DNA of 64,000 nt from a bacterium (GCA_014803525.1 JAAVBP010000004.1:121369-185368); one strand, 5' to 3'. Counted from the stretch's first letter, positions 44,997-57,231 are shown. The notes: generated by a model from the letters alone, not told the origin. Made by a program: numbers and translations.

Positions 44997-45872
44997 TTAC
45001 CAATATAACCCGCGCAGTTTCTGACGCCATGCGCGCACCGGTATAATCGCGGCGATTACGCGCGTTATACTGCGCATTATATATGAAAACCTGTTGTTCG
45101 GAATCTTTTTATCTGTCGTCCCACGCAGCCATTTTGTACCACCGTATTTTGGTGTGTTCTTTTCGCGACTGATAATCTTTACCATAACCGCATCACCCGG
45201 CGCCAAGTGTTTCAGTTTATGTTCCGGATAACCATACGCCCGCCCACAGAGCAAGAAATCACGCGTCGCCAGATATGCATTCAGGTGACTTTCGTCATCG
45301 ACAACGGCATTGATTCCGTTTTTAATATCCGTCTGAACATTTTTGGCAAGTGCCCCACACATTTCCAAAAACGCATCCGCGGTACCGCCGTTGAACGCGC
45401 CGCATACATAATGACGCCCGGTACCGAACGGCACATATGCGGTGGATTCCGGTCTTCTTTCAAATGGGAATACATCTGGCGTATCACGCCAGATGTCGCC
45501 ATGGCGACCGGGATGCAAACTGGCGCACAATCCGCCGTCCCATTCACGCGGCGCAATTTCGGATAAATCTGTATCATTTATAAATTTGAAATTCGCATTG
45601 AAAAAGAACAAATAATCAAATTTAGACAATTCTTTTTTATGCGCATAAAACATTTCAAACCGCAGCAGACTGTCATACGGCCAACCGCGCTTTTGGGCCG
45701 GAATAATGGTCACATTCGGCATATCCATCGCCGGCGTTGGATTATCGGTCCAGATAAAATAATGTTTATCCGCATGCAGCAAATGTTTTTCACAGGATTC
45801 ATAAAATTCATCCCAAAACACCGTATAACGCCCCAGCGCAATGTATAAAATTCCAACCTTTGCCATAACCAT
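44997..45872 (-). CDS. Glycosyltransferase family 6 (ABO / alpha-1,3-GalT-like), bacterial NxN type
   Basis: ERRPESTAYVPFGTGRHYVCGAFNGGTADAF...DDESHLNAY parallels the GT6 ERRxxSAAYIPFGxGDFYYxGxxFGGT...WHDESHLNKY block; FNANF replaces the eukaryotic DVD motif, as in Bacteroides GT6; RBS AGGGGGAT. Confidence 0.7.
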   Translation of the reverse strand: MVMAKVGILYIALGRYTVFWDEFYESCEKHLLHADKHYFIWTDNPTPAMDMPNVTIIPAQKRGWPYDSLLRFEMFYAHKKELSKFDYLFFFNANFKFINDTDLSEIAPREWDGGLCASLHPGRHGDIWRDTPDVFPFERRPESTAYVPFGTGRHYVCGAFNGGTADAFLEMCGALAKNVQTDIKNGINAVVDDESHLNAYLATRDFLLCGRAYGYPEHKLKHLAPGDAVMVKIISREKNTPKYGGTKWLRGTTDKKIPNNRFSYIMRSITRVIAAIIPVRAWRQKLRGLYW

Positions 45873-45888
45873 ATCCCCCTGATTGTTT

Positions 45889-46659
45889 TTATTTTAATAC
45901 CAATGCCAGACCACAATGATCCGTCGGCTTTTCGGCCAGGCGCGGTGCCATATCAATCTCGCACGATTTAACCATTTTGGCCGCCGCACGATTGCACAGG
46001 AAATAATCCAGGCGCAGTCCCTGTTTATTTCCAACCGTATCACGACCACGATATCCATACCACGTGTAATCTATTTCATCCGGGTGCAATTCGCGCCATG
46101 CATCCATCCACCCCGACGCCAACCAGTCGCGCATGATCGCACGCGCCTGGGGCGCGGCAATTGCGATACCAACATAGTTTGCAGGTTTCCATACATCACG
46201 ATCTTCGATTGCAACGTTAAAGTCACCACCAATAATAACAGGTTCTTCTGAATCCAGATACATGGATATGTAATTTGTAAATGCCTGCATCCATTCCAAT
46301 TTGTATGGGAACTTTGGTGAATCCACCGTATCGCCATTTGGCATATAAGTATTTATTACGCGAACACGCCCATCAATCACGCATTCGATAAATCGCGCGT
46401 TCACATCGGCGTATCCCGGCATGCCGCGTGTGACATCTTCGATTGAATATTTTGAAAATATCGCAACCCCGTTCCAGCTTTTTTGGCCAAACACCTTGAT
46501 ATTATAACCATATTCATCAAACAGGTTATGCGGGAACACCGCGTCTTCGACTTTCAGTTCCTGAACCATGATTACGTCGTATTCCGCCCCGCGCAAAATA
46601 TCGATAAAACTTTGCGCATGTGCGCGGATTGAGTTAATGTTAAGTGTTAAAATTTTCAT
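45889..46659 (-). CDS. xthA: Exodeoxyribonuclease III (XthA, AP endonuclease)
   Basis: MKILTLNINSIRAH...VQELK N-terminus and C-terminal ...DHCGLALVLK typical of ExoIII/APE1. Confidence 0.85.
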   Translation of the reverse strand: MKILTLNINSIRAHAQSFIDILRGAEYDVIMVQELKVEDAVFPHNLFDEYGYNIKVFGQKSWNGVAIFSKYSIEDVTRGMPGYADVNARFIECVIDGRVRVINTYMPNGDTVDSPKFPYKLEWMQAFTNYISMYLDSEEPVIIGGDFNVAIEDRDVWKPANYVGIAIAAPQARAIMRDWLASGWMDAWRELHPDEIDYTWYGYRGRDTVGNKQGLRLDYFLCNRAAAKMVKSCEIDMAPRLAEKPTDHCGLALVLK

Positions 46660-46729
46660 ATTTGCAATATTCCTTTCTCAGGATTATAATACTGCCTGTC
46701 CAATATAAAAACAACAAGGAATTTTTATT

Positions 46730-48310
46730 ATGAACATGTATCAATTACTGGAAAGTGCTGTTGCAAAGTGGCCGGATAATTTATTTCTGGTCCGCGAAGG
46801 CGTAACTTTCTCAGGATTTATTGAATTGGTTAAACGGCGTGCGGCCGAATTGCATGCGGCCGGCGTACGACGTGGTGACATTGTGGGTGTTCTGTCACAT
46901 AATATCCCGCAAATGCCGACAACAATGTTTGCGGTATGGTATCTGGGCGGAACGGTATTATTGCTGGATACCAATTTAACACCATATGAATATGACAATA
47001 TGACATCAACCACAGACTGTCATATCGTGGCGGCGGAAAAGTCTTTCTTTTACAAGACCAAGAAATTTAAATTCTTTGACATCACCCAAGAAGATGGCAA
47101 GCCCAATGGTCGTCTGAAACCGGCGCCATTGGAACCATTGGATGTTGCGACATTGTCATTTACATCGGGTTCAACGGGCAAGCCCAAGGTTGTGCCGCTG
47201 ACACACTATAATTTAACATCATGCGCCACATCACTGGAAGATATGCATGATTATATCAAGGCCGGCGATATAATGTACGGATTTTTACCCCTGTACCATA
47301 TATATGGATTTGCGGTGGAAATTTTGGCGACATTGCACTATGGCGCGGGCGTATTGTTACAGCCAACCGTTAACCCGAAAGAAATCATGGCGGATTTCCA
47401 GAAATATCGCCCCCAGGCAATTCCGGCCGTCCCCCGCTTGTTTGAGGTTATTCGCAACCGCATCATCGACACCCTGAAAGGCAAACATATTTGGTGGTTG
47501 GCATCACTGGTGCTGAAATACGGTAAAACGTTGAACAAGATTGGTCTTGGATTTTTGGTCAGCAAGGTTCAAAAACCTGTGCGTGAAATATTTGGCGGAC
47601 GCGTATCGTTGCTGATCGCGGGTGGCGCGGCCACCAAGCCCGAGGTTGAAACATTCTATGAACGCCTGGGCATGCGCTTTATCCAGGGATATGGTCTGAC
47701 CGAAACAGTTGGCCCGATTTGTATATCCAAGCCACTGAAAAAACGTGAAGCGTTTGCATTTGGTGCGCCGACATCGAACAACGAATGCGAAATTCGTGAC
47801 ACGAACGAAGATGGCGTTGGTGTTTTGTGGCTGCGCGGCCCCCAGGTGTTCGGCGGTTACCTGAACAACCAGGATGCAAACGAAGTCGTATTTGACGAAC
47901 GCGGATTTTTCAATACCGGTGACATGGTTACAATGGATAAAAACGGGGAATTACACTTTGCCGGCCGTAAAAAGCAGGTTATCGTTCTGGATTCCGGTAA
48001 AAACGTTTATCCCGATGAACTAGAGGCACTGTTTATGAAAATCCCGGGTGTAAACAACGTCGCGGTCTTTGAACATAAGATCAAGGATAAAACCGTCGCA
48101 TACGGCGTATTCAGTGTTGATCCGGATATGACAATGGAAAAATTGGCCGCCGGCGTCGCAGGCGCAAACAAAAAAGTTGCCAGTTATAAATGGGTAACGC
48201 ACTTTGCAATGACGACGGATGAATTACCGACGACCAGCACGCAAAAGATAAAACACCATCTGGTGCGTCAGAATTTAATCGACGGCAAATATCCAACACG
48301 TAAAGAATAA
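46730..48310 (+). CDS. AMP-dependent acyl-CoA synthetase/ligase (long-chain fatty-acid CoA ligase-like)
   Basis: AMP-binding motif SFTSGSTGKPKVV, YGLTET, and hinge/K motifs; 526 aa. Confidence 0.8.
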   Translation: MNMYQLLESAVAKWPDNLFLVREGVTFSGFIELVKRRAAELHAAGVRRGDIVGVLSHNIPQMPTTMFAVWYLGGTVLLLDTNLTPYEYDNMTSTTDCHIVAAEKSFFYKTKKFKFFDITQEDGKPNGRLKPAPLEPLDVATLSFTSGSTGKPKVVPLTHYNLTSCATSLEDMHDYIKAGDIMYGFLPLYHIYGFAVEILATLHYGAGVLLQPTVNPKEIMADFQKYRPQAIPAVPRLFEVIRNRIIDTLKGKHIWWLASLVLKYGKTLNKIGLGFLVSKVQKPVREIFGGRVSLLIAGGAATKPEVETFYERLGMRFIQGYGLTETVGPICISKPLKKREAFAFGAPTSNNECEIRDTNEDGVGVLWLRGPQVFGGYLNNQDANEVVFDERGFFNTGDMVTMDKNGELHFAGRKKQVIVLDSGKNVYPDELEALFMKIPGVNNVAVFEHKIKDKTVAYGVFSVDPDMTMEKLAAGVAGANKKVASYKWVTHFAMTTDELPTTSTQKIKHHLVRQNLIDGKYPTRKE

Positions 48311-48315
48311 AAAAC

Positions 48316-48336
48316 GGGGCACCGCCCCGTTTTTTA
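48316..48336. terminator. Bidirectional rho-independent terminator
   Basis: AAAAAACGGGGCACCGCCCCGTTTTTTAG. Confidence 0.6.
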
Positions 48337-48357
48337 GTGTGCAAATTGGCGGCACAC

Positions 48358-48945
48358 CTAAAACAAATACCCCATTGCGACGCCAATGCGACTGTGACGC
48401 GCAGATATTTTTACCGGCACGTCCGATATACTGTCACGCAGGCGCGCACGCGACCATATCTCATATACCTTTATAAACGTATTATCCGATATGTTTATTC
48501 GCATGCCAATGCCGCCACCATATATAAACCCGCGGTCATGAAAATGCGCGTCATCAAACTTTACGTCCGTAATGCCAATTTCCCCGATTGCATACGGTGT
48601 GATGGCAAATGGTAAAATCGGCAATTCCAAGATGGACGTAATATTGCGCATACGCATTCCATCCACATCACGCCAAGACACATTTGCACCAACAGCAACA
48701 CCATAAACATCAATTCCGGCAGTGATATTCGGCGCATCAAATTTGTATTTTTGTGTTTCGTTAAATTTATATCCCAATACATCTATCTTTGCGTGCGTTT
48801 TGGCACGAATATCAAATCCGGTGGATATGTAAAAGTAATTATCATTATGCTCTGTTATACAATCTGAATATATTTCGATTATTTCATCCGCATATGCCAT
48901 GCCACTTATCAGCCCCAGCGTTAATGCGATTGCTGCCTTACGCAT
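48358..48945 (-). CDS. Small outer-membrane beta-barrel protein (OmpW/Omp25-like)
   Basis: Signal peptide ending AYA; alternating hydrophobic beta-strand pattern; C-terminal ...GVAMGYLF. Confidence 0.5.
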   Translation of the reverse strand: MRKAAIALTLGLISGMAYADEIIEIYSDCITEHNDNYFYISTGFDIRAKTHAKIDVLGYKFNETQKYKFDAPNITAGIDVYGVAVGANVSWRDVDGMRMRNITSILELPILPFAITPYAIGEIGITDVKFDDAHFHDRGFIYGGGIGMRINISDNTFIKVYEIWSRARLRDSISDVPVKISARHSRIGVAMGYLF

Positions 48946-48974
48946 ATTTGCCCCCCATTGTTTTTAATTTAAAA

Positions 48975-49570
48975 CACCGCATTGATGAGATGCGGTTGGA
49001 GGTTGAGACTATAATTTTCGGAAAAATTAGTGCCGCTTATTCAATATATTCGCGGCCCTCCAACCAACTTTGTTGATTGGAGATATTTTTTGTCATCTCT
49101 GACACCGAAAATTTAGGGTTCTCACACCCCCAACGGTATAACTTTCGTTATACTGTTGCAGGCATGTTAACACGATATTCAAAAAAAGTAAAATAAAAAC
49201 CGCATGCTTGTAGTGCGGTTGGAGATTGAGAACTATAAATTTTCGGTAAATAGTGTCGCTTATTTATATATATCACGACTCTCCAACCTGCTGCTGGAGA
49301 TGTTTTTTGTCATCTCTGACACCGAAAATTTATGGTTCTCACACCAATTAGTTTACACTATATCGCATTATTTCCGTAATTGCAAATTATAAAACCACAC
49401 CGTCCTGCAGGCACCCCGGACCGCGCCCCGCAAAAACCTGTTTCTGTGGGTGGTTCCCAGAGGGGAATTAAAAAACCACTGGAAAAAAATTTCAAGTGGT
49501 TGGAGGTTCATAACAATCCAAGTTGCTCACCTTATTCAATATATTCGGTGACCTCCAACCCATGGTTGGA
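48975..49570. repeat. Three copies of a palindromic MITE-like element of about 150-170 bp
   Basis: Copies at about 48975-49135, 49200-49370 and 49485-49570 share GCGGTTGGAGGTTGAGACTATAATTTTCGG...CTCCAACC...TGTCATCTCTGACACCGAAAATTTAGGGTTCTCACACC; terminal inverted repeats GAGACTATAATTTTCGG / CCGAAAATTTAGGGTTCTC. Confidence 0.55.
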
Positions 49571-49929
49571 TATAAATGCGTCCGCGCCATGCACAGGCGC
49601 GCCCTTGTGTTATCGAGGTTATCAAGCCCCAAATTTGCAGCAGGGTACAAATCAATGCGTTTCATTATACCATTGCCTGAATAAATTCAAACAAAAAAAT
49701 ATAAAGCCCATTTAAAACACTAAAACGGGACTGGAGTTAGCAGCTGCATCCTAGAATGCAAGTGACCCCGGAGGGGGGGGTCACCATCCAGTCCCTATTA
49801 CAGAACTGGTGCGGTTTCGTTCGCACGCGGACGGGTACTGTATTATGCGCAGGTTGTTAGTCCCGCATAGCATGTCTCCATACTACGTGGCATAGGTTAC
49901 ATCACACATATATAAAAATCCAGCACAAA

Positions 49930-50170
49930 ATCCCAATTGCAAATTATTATGGCCACCCCCCGATGGCATTCGCCATCACCCCCCCGCCCGCGGCGGTGGG
50001 AATTAGTACATTCCATACTCGGACGAATTGCCCCCGCCTGGGCGGGGGCTGGCAGTCGCAAGACTGACTGGGGGTGGCCTGTTACGTACCCCGCGATATT
50101 TGCCACCCCCCGGTGCTACGCACCACCCCCCGCCCGCGGCGGTGGGAATTAGTACATTCCCGGCGAGATC
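49930..50170. repeat. GC-rich palindromic repeat cluster (copy B, inverted relative to 34480-34870)
   Basis: Reverse complement of segments of copy A: GGCCACCCCCCGATGGCATTCGCCATCACCCCCCCGCCCGCGGCGGTGGGAATT and CTCGGACGAATTGCCCCCGCCTGGGCGGGGGCTGG; a related fragment lies at about 49400-49470. Confidence 0.6.
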
Positions 50171-50276
50171 TAAAGTTCCCCTCATGTACAAGAGGGGAAC
50201 TTAGTCTTCGACTTATATGAACTCTGCACACTGAAAACTGAACACTATAAAAAATCCCGGTAAAAACCGGGATTTT

Positions 50277-50846
50277 TTACACCATAAACGGCAGGTTTTC
50301 CAATGTTCCCTCTACCACCCGTACATTTACATCAATCCACATAAATATCGTATCCGGTGTGCGTGGAATATCCGGACAGAACATATCGGTTGATAACAAA
50401 TGACTGGTGTTCACCGACAATTTTGTTATCAAATGGTCATCGTCCAGCAATGTGTAAATCGGACCGATATCACGCGGCGTATTTGTGCCAATTTCATGTT
50501 CATTTTGCGGCGCACGCAGACCGTCAAACAATGTCTTGATCCGGTTATCAATATCAGACCGCGTCATGCCGACAATTTCAGGGTGCATCATCTGGATATC
50601 CAATTCCGCAACCAGCTTTAAATTCGGTGTAACAATCGGATTCCAATCAATACCGCCAACATGCTTGGTCGTGATCGGACTTTTGGTTGCATTTGGCAAC
50701 ATAAACTTGGTCATATTGTTCCACGGACTGTGTTCGACCAGCTTTTTCAACTGCGGATGAAACTGCATCCGGATGTCGGAAATATGCTGGGCCCGCTTTT
50801 TCGGATTTATCAATATTTCGCCAAAATACAGCAATTTGAATTTCAT
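50277..50846 (-). CDS. Hypothetical protein
   Basis: 189-aa ORF preceded by a terminator; no recognisable motif. Confidence 0.45.
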   Translation of the reverse strand: MKFKLLYFGEILINPKKRAQHISDIRMQFHPQLKKLVEHSPWNNMTKFMLPNATKSPITTKHVGGIDWNPIVTPNLKLVAELDIQMMHPEIVGMTRSDIDNRIKTLFDGLRAPQNEHEIGTNTPRDIGPIYTLLDDDHLITKLSVNTSHLLSTDMFCPDIPRTPDTIFMWIDVNVRVVEGTLENLPFMV

Positions 50847-50923
50847 GGTATTTAATCCCCTTTTTCCTTGCTAATTATATCAGAAATTGCTATGGTTTTC
50901 ATAGAAAAAAGAAAGGAATTTAA

Positions 50924-53323
<2,400 letters not shown>

Positions 53324-53342
53324 AGAAACAAAGGAATACGGT

Positions 53343-53579
53343 ATGACCGCTGTAAATGATTCACAAAAAAAAGTAACCGTACATGACGAAGACGTCAGGG
53401 TCATTAATGGCATGAACGTTTATGTCGATCGTGATGGCAACGTCATTCGCACAGAACGGCGCGACACCAAACGAAAATCATTTGCGGCGGCAACCGATAA
53501 ACTGAACGCGAAAATGCCGGATAAAAAAGAATTGTCACCGGCGGAAATTATGGCGTTGCAAAGTAATCAAAACGATTAA
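53343..53579 (+). CDS. Small hypothetical protein
   Basis: 78 aa from MTAVND with RBS AAAGGAATACGG; the longer upstream extension is rejected. Confidence 0.4.
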   Translation: MTAVNDSQKKVTVHDEDVRVINGMNVYVDRDGNVIRTERRDTKRKSFAAATDKLNAKMPDKKELSPAEIMALQSNQND

Positions 53580-53582
53580 TAA

Positions 53583-54230
53583 ATGTTCACGGCGGATTGG
53601 TTTAATTCTTTGGATAAAACTTTGCGAGATATGGGAATGGATTCCGATGCGCAAAGTTTTGATGAAATCAAGGCCAACCTGTCCGCGCGTCATATTTGCA
53701 CGCCTTCTGCGTTCGCAACGCATTGCGCATATGTAATTCTGGCCGGTGGTTTTTCACAACAAACCGCAAAAAAAATTCATGCAAAAATTATGGACGCAGT
53801 TTATGCGCATGGGGCCGACTTTGATACGCTGATTGCGCTGTTTAATAATAAAAATAAAATTAATGCAATTTGCAAAATATGGGCCAATCGCGATGAACTT
53901 TGTCACGCGTATTATGAATTGAATGATACCGATGCGCGAATTGCATATTTATCCAAATTGCCGCATATTGGAAAAATCACAGCAAATCATCTGGCTCGAA
54001 ACTTGGGCGAAGATGTTGTAAAATATGATATCTGGATTCAACGCCTGGGCGTCATGTTTGCCGGCAACGCGCAGCTGGCTGATAAAATCGATAACGGGAA
54101 ATTAGATCCGGAAATCAAGCGCGCATGCGATGAAATGTTTGCGACATTGTGCGAATGTACCGGATTGCCACGCGGGTACATCGACGTCGTTTTATGGAAA
54201 AGTTGTCAGCAAGGATTAATAAAATTATGA
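53583..54230 (+). CDS. HhH-GPD superfamily DNA glycosylase (MagIII/3-methyladenine-glycosylase-like, no Fe-S)
   Basis: Helix-hairpin-helix LPHIGKITANHLARNLG followed by a catalytic-Asp region VVKYDIWIQRLG; no Cys4 cluster; 215 aa. Confidence 0.5.
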   Translation: MFTADWFNSLDKTLRDMGMDSDAQSFDEIKANLSARHICTPSAFATHCAYVILAGGFSQQTAKKIHAKIMDAVYAHGADFDTLIALFNNKNKINAICKIWANRDELCHAYYELNDTDARIAYLSKLPHIGKITANHLARNLGEDVVKYDIWIQRLGVMFAGNAQLADKIDNGKLDPEIKRACDEMFATLCECTGLPRGYIDVVLWKSCQQGLIKL

Positions 54231-54889
54231 ATGTGAAAATCGAACAATCTTGGAAAGATGCGTTGGGGGCGGAATTTGAAAAAGATTACTTTATCAAATT
54301 AACCGATTTTGTTCGCGCAGAATATATGTCCGGCCGGGCCGTCTATCCAGCCCCCGCAAATATTTTTAATGCGTTCAATTTATGTCCACTGGACCAGGTA
54401 AAGGTTGTAATAATCGGCCAAGATCCATATCACGAACCGGGCCAGGCGCATGGGCTTTGTTTTTCTGTTTTGCCGCCAACACCGGTGCCGCCATCACTGG
54501 TCAATATTTACAAAGAAATTGAAAATGATTTGGGGCGACCATCCGTCACGCATGGTGACTTAACACATTGGGCGGCCCAGGGTGTATTGTTATTAAACGC
54601 AACGCTGACCGTACAGGCGCACCGCGCCGCATCACATACCGGCCGCGGTTGGGAACAGTTTACAGACGCCGTTATCCGCACGGTCGCAAATCGCGAAAAT
54701 ATCGTCTATATGCTGTGGGGCAGTTTTGCCCAGCGCAAGGCGGAATTTGTAGATCCGCAAAAAAACCTGATATTAAAGTCTGTTCATCCATCGCCATTGT
54801 CCGCGCATCGTGGATTCTTTGGCAATCACCATTTTAGTCGCGCCAATGAATACCTGGCTGCGCATGGGTCGGCGCCAATTGAATGGTAA
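54227..54889 (+). CDS. ung: Uracil-DNA glycosylase (family 1)
   Basis: VVIIGQDPYH water-activating loop, LLLNATLTV, HPSPLSA; start at MNVKIE overlapping the upstream stop. Confidence 0.85.
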   Translation: MNVKIEQSWKDALGAEFEKDYFIKLTDFVRAEYMSGRAVYPAPANIFNAFNLCPLDQVKVVIIGQDPYHEPGQAHGLCFSVLPPTPVPPSLVNIYKEIENDLGRPSVTHGDLTHWAAQGVLLLNATLTVQAHRAASHTGRGWEQFTDAVIRTVANRENIVYMLWGSFAQRKAEFVDPQKNLILKSVHPSPLSAHRGFFGNHHFSRANEYLAAHGSAPIEW

Positions 54890-54965
54890 TTCCGAAATAA
54901 TGGCCACAGTTGAATCCACATGCTTTTTCTGGTATAATTACACAAAAAAACAAAGGATTCTATAA

Positions 54966-57029
54966 ATGGCCGAAACATTTATTAACCAAGAAAATTTGAA
55001 ACAATTTCAGAACTGGCTGTTGAATTTAAAGACATCAGACCAGCCGGCATATAAATTGGCCCAGAATTTACGCTTTGACCTGCCGCTGGCGGTTATTCTG
55101 GACGGTGCGCCAACATTACCGCCACTGGCCCAGGAAGTATTGGCCCATGTTATCGCCGGACAACGTGGATACCAAGACCAGGCCGCAGATGCGAAAACAT
55201 TACTGGACATGGCCGAATTACAACCAATATTACTTGGCAAAGTATATGCCATATCCGGTAATTCTCACAGCGGACACATATATTCCAAATTATTACAAGA
55301 ACTGCGCAAACGCCCATTCGAAAAAAACATTCCGGCGATATATGCAATGATGCACTTTGGGCCTGTATATGGATCTGATGCGGGCATTGGTGACATAACC
55401 AAAACATCGGCCCAGAATACAAAAATCCTGAACAAGATTTTTGCAAATTCCGACAGTCGCAGCAACCGCGACCAATTCCGCAACAGCGCGTATGAATTTA
55501 TCAATAGTCTGGATATGAGCAAACTGTTAAATTTCGCCGGTGCATCAACGGAATTTCGCGCCCGCATAAATGCTGCAAACTTTAACGGTTGGAATAATGA
55601 TAAATATGACAAGATGGCGAAGTTAAATCCGGAACTGATTGATGAACAAATTCTGGCCAACTTTATTAATACGCCAAAGCCTAAACAGAAAGATATATCC
55701 GACGCTAAATCGCAAAAAGAAAAGAATGCAAATATTTTGCCAATATCTTATACCCGGCCACGCGATGCATTACTGCGCCTGGTCGAACGCCAGGAAATCC
55801 ATGATCCCAACAATTATGGTCATGAAAAAACATTGACCCAGCGGTACAATGATCTAAAGACCCGCATGCAAAAAGCAAAAACATGGCCGGCGGGTAATTC
55901 AGACTATGAAACATTGGCGCGTGATGTTTATCGCATGGTGATCCAGCGTGATATCATCGATGGTCGCGCGGCGGATTTATCCCCAGCCGAATTGGAATTG
56001 GCACTAAGCGCCGACAAAGACGGATTCTATGTACGTAAAGTGCCGGACAGCGTTTTAAAGAAATTGAACATTCGCCTGAACCGGCGCCAGGATGCAATCG
56101 TATCCGCACGCAATTCAACCAATCCAGATATGACAGTACGGTTGAATAAACTATCCTCTGCTGATAAACGCGCGGCAATTGAACGGGCACAGCGCACCGT
56201 TGCGGCGGACGCGCCCATGCGCGAACAATTGAATGCGGAATTGGCCGCATATGACCGGGATTTTAAAGAGGTAAAACTTGACAGTCTGAGCGCACAAGAT
56301 GCAAACACCGTTTATACCGACATGAAAGATATCCAGGCGGCATATAAACGCATTCGTGATAACTTCAAAGACGGCGCGCCCAACGCGCAAGAGGCGCACC
56401 TGACCACCCGCGAAATGGAACGCGCAATATATGGATATATTGTCAGTTCGACACCGCGCAAAATTGATATTCCCTCACAAAAAAGTCTGCCGATATTTGG
56501 GCGCGGTACGGAACAAAAACGCCGCGAAGCGATGGAAAATGCAATCAACAATTTTAACAAAGTACTTGCGAACGTGCGCGAACATATGAACCCAATACTG
56601 ATAGGTATGTGGGATCAGTATTGCGGTGCAATTTTGAATCCTGATTTTTTAAAGCACGCACATGACGAATACAACCGCGCATCAAAACTCGCTGAATCCA
56701 CAAAATGGGAATTTGACAGCACACATCGCAACCGCCGTACAATTGAGTCAGAACAAAAACAGTATGCGTTTAAAAAAGAACAGTTGGATAACGCAAAGAT
56801 TACTTTTGACCAGCAACAGAACCAAATGCGTGACATGTCACGTCGTCATATGGGCCACGACCAGACGGGCGAATTAACCCCGGTGACAAGCGACATGACG
56901 CCAGAGGAAAAGGCCCGCGCGCGCGAGAAAAATCGTAAAACACTGAACGATCCATTGGCCGCACGCAAGGGTAAAAAGCCTGCAAAAAATCTGGCTGAAA
57001 TGCTGGCAAATGCCGATATGGACAGATAA
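54966..57029 (+). CDS. Large hypothetical protein without signal peptide (orphan; possible secreted effector)
   Basis: 687 aa, Lys/Glu/Asn-rich, predicted helical, no recognisable motif; RBS CAAAGGATTC. Confidence 0.5.
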   Translation: MAETFINQENLKQFQNWLLNLKTSDQPAYKLAQNLRFDLPLAVILDGAPTLPPLAQEVLAHVIAGQRGYQDQAADAKTLLDMAELQPILLGKVYAISGNSHSGHIYSKLLQELRKRPFEKNIPAIYAMMHFGPVYGSDAGIGDITKTSAQNTKILNKIFANSDSRSNRDQFRNSAYEFINSLDMSKLLNFAGASTEFRARINAANFNGWNNDKYDKMAKLNPELIDEQILANFINTPKPKQKDISDAKSQKEKNANILPISYTRPRDALLRLVERQEIHDPNNYGHEKTLTQRYNDLKTRMQKAKTWPAGNSDYETLARDVYRMVIQRDIIDGRAADLSPAELELALSADKDGFYVRKVPDSVLKKLNIRLNRRQDAIVSARNSTNPDMTVRLNKLSSADKRAAIERAQRTVAADAPMREQLNAELAAYDRDFKEVKLDSLSAQDANTVYTDMKDIQAAYKRIRDNFKDGAPNAQEAHLTTREMERAIYGYIVSSTPRKIDIPSQKSLPIFGRGTEQKRREAMENAINNFNKVLANVREHMNPILIGMWDQYCGAILNPDFLKHAHDEYNRASKLAESTKWEFDSTHRNRRTIESEQKQYAFKKEQLDNAKITFDQQQNQMRDMSRRHMGHDQTGELTPVTSDMTPEEKARAREKNRKTLNDPLAARKGKKPAKNLAEMLANADMDR

Positions 57030-57037
57030 AGGAAACG

Positions 57038-57060
57038 CCCAAACGGGCGTTTTCTTTTTA
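57038..57060 (+). terminator. Rho-independent terminator
   Basis: AAACGCCCAAACGGGCGTTTTCTTTTT. Confidence 0.6.
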
Positions 57061-57231
57061 GTATTCCATTTTCATCAGTTCAAACGTAAAACATATAGAG
57101 AATTTTGGTGCCCATGGGGCGCCATAAATGCATTAGATGTTGCGGATTGTGATGCTTTTTGTGATGGGAGTGTATTAGACATACATGACCGGAAACAAAA
57201 ACGAGCAAACGTAAAACAGATGATGTATTTA

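Noticed and set aside
49380-49715. 111-aa plus-strand ORF
   Set aside because: It spans a GC-rich repeat fragment and MITE copy 3. It is repeat-derived.
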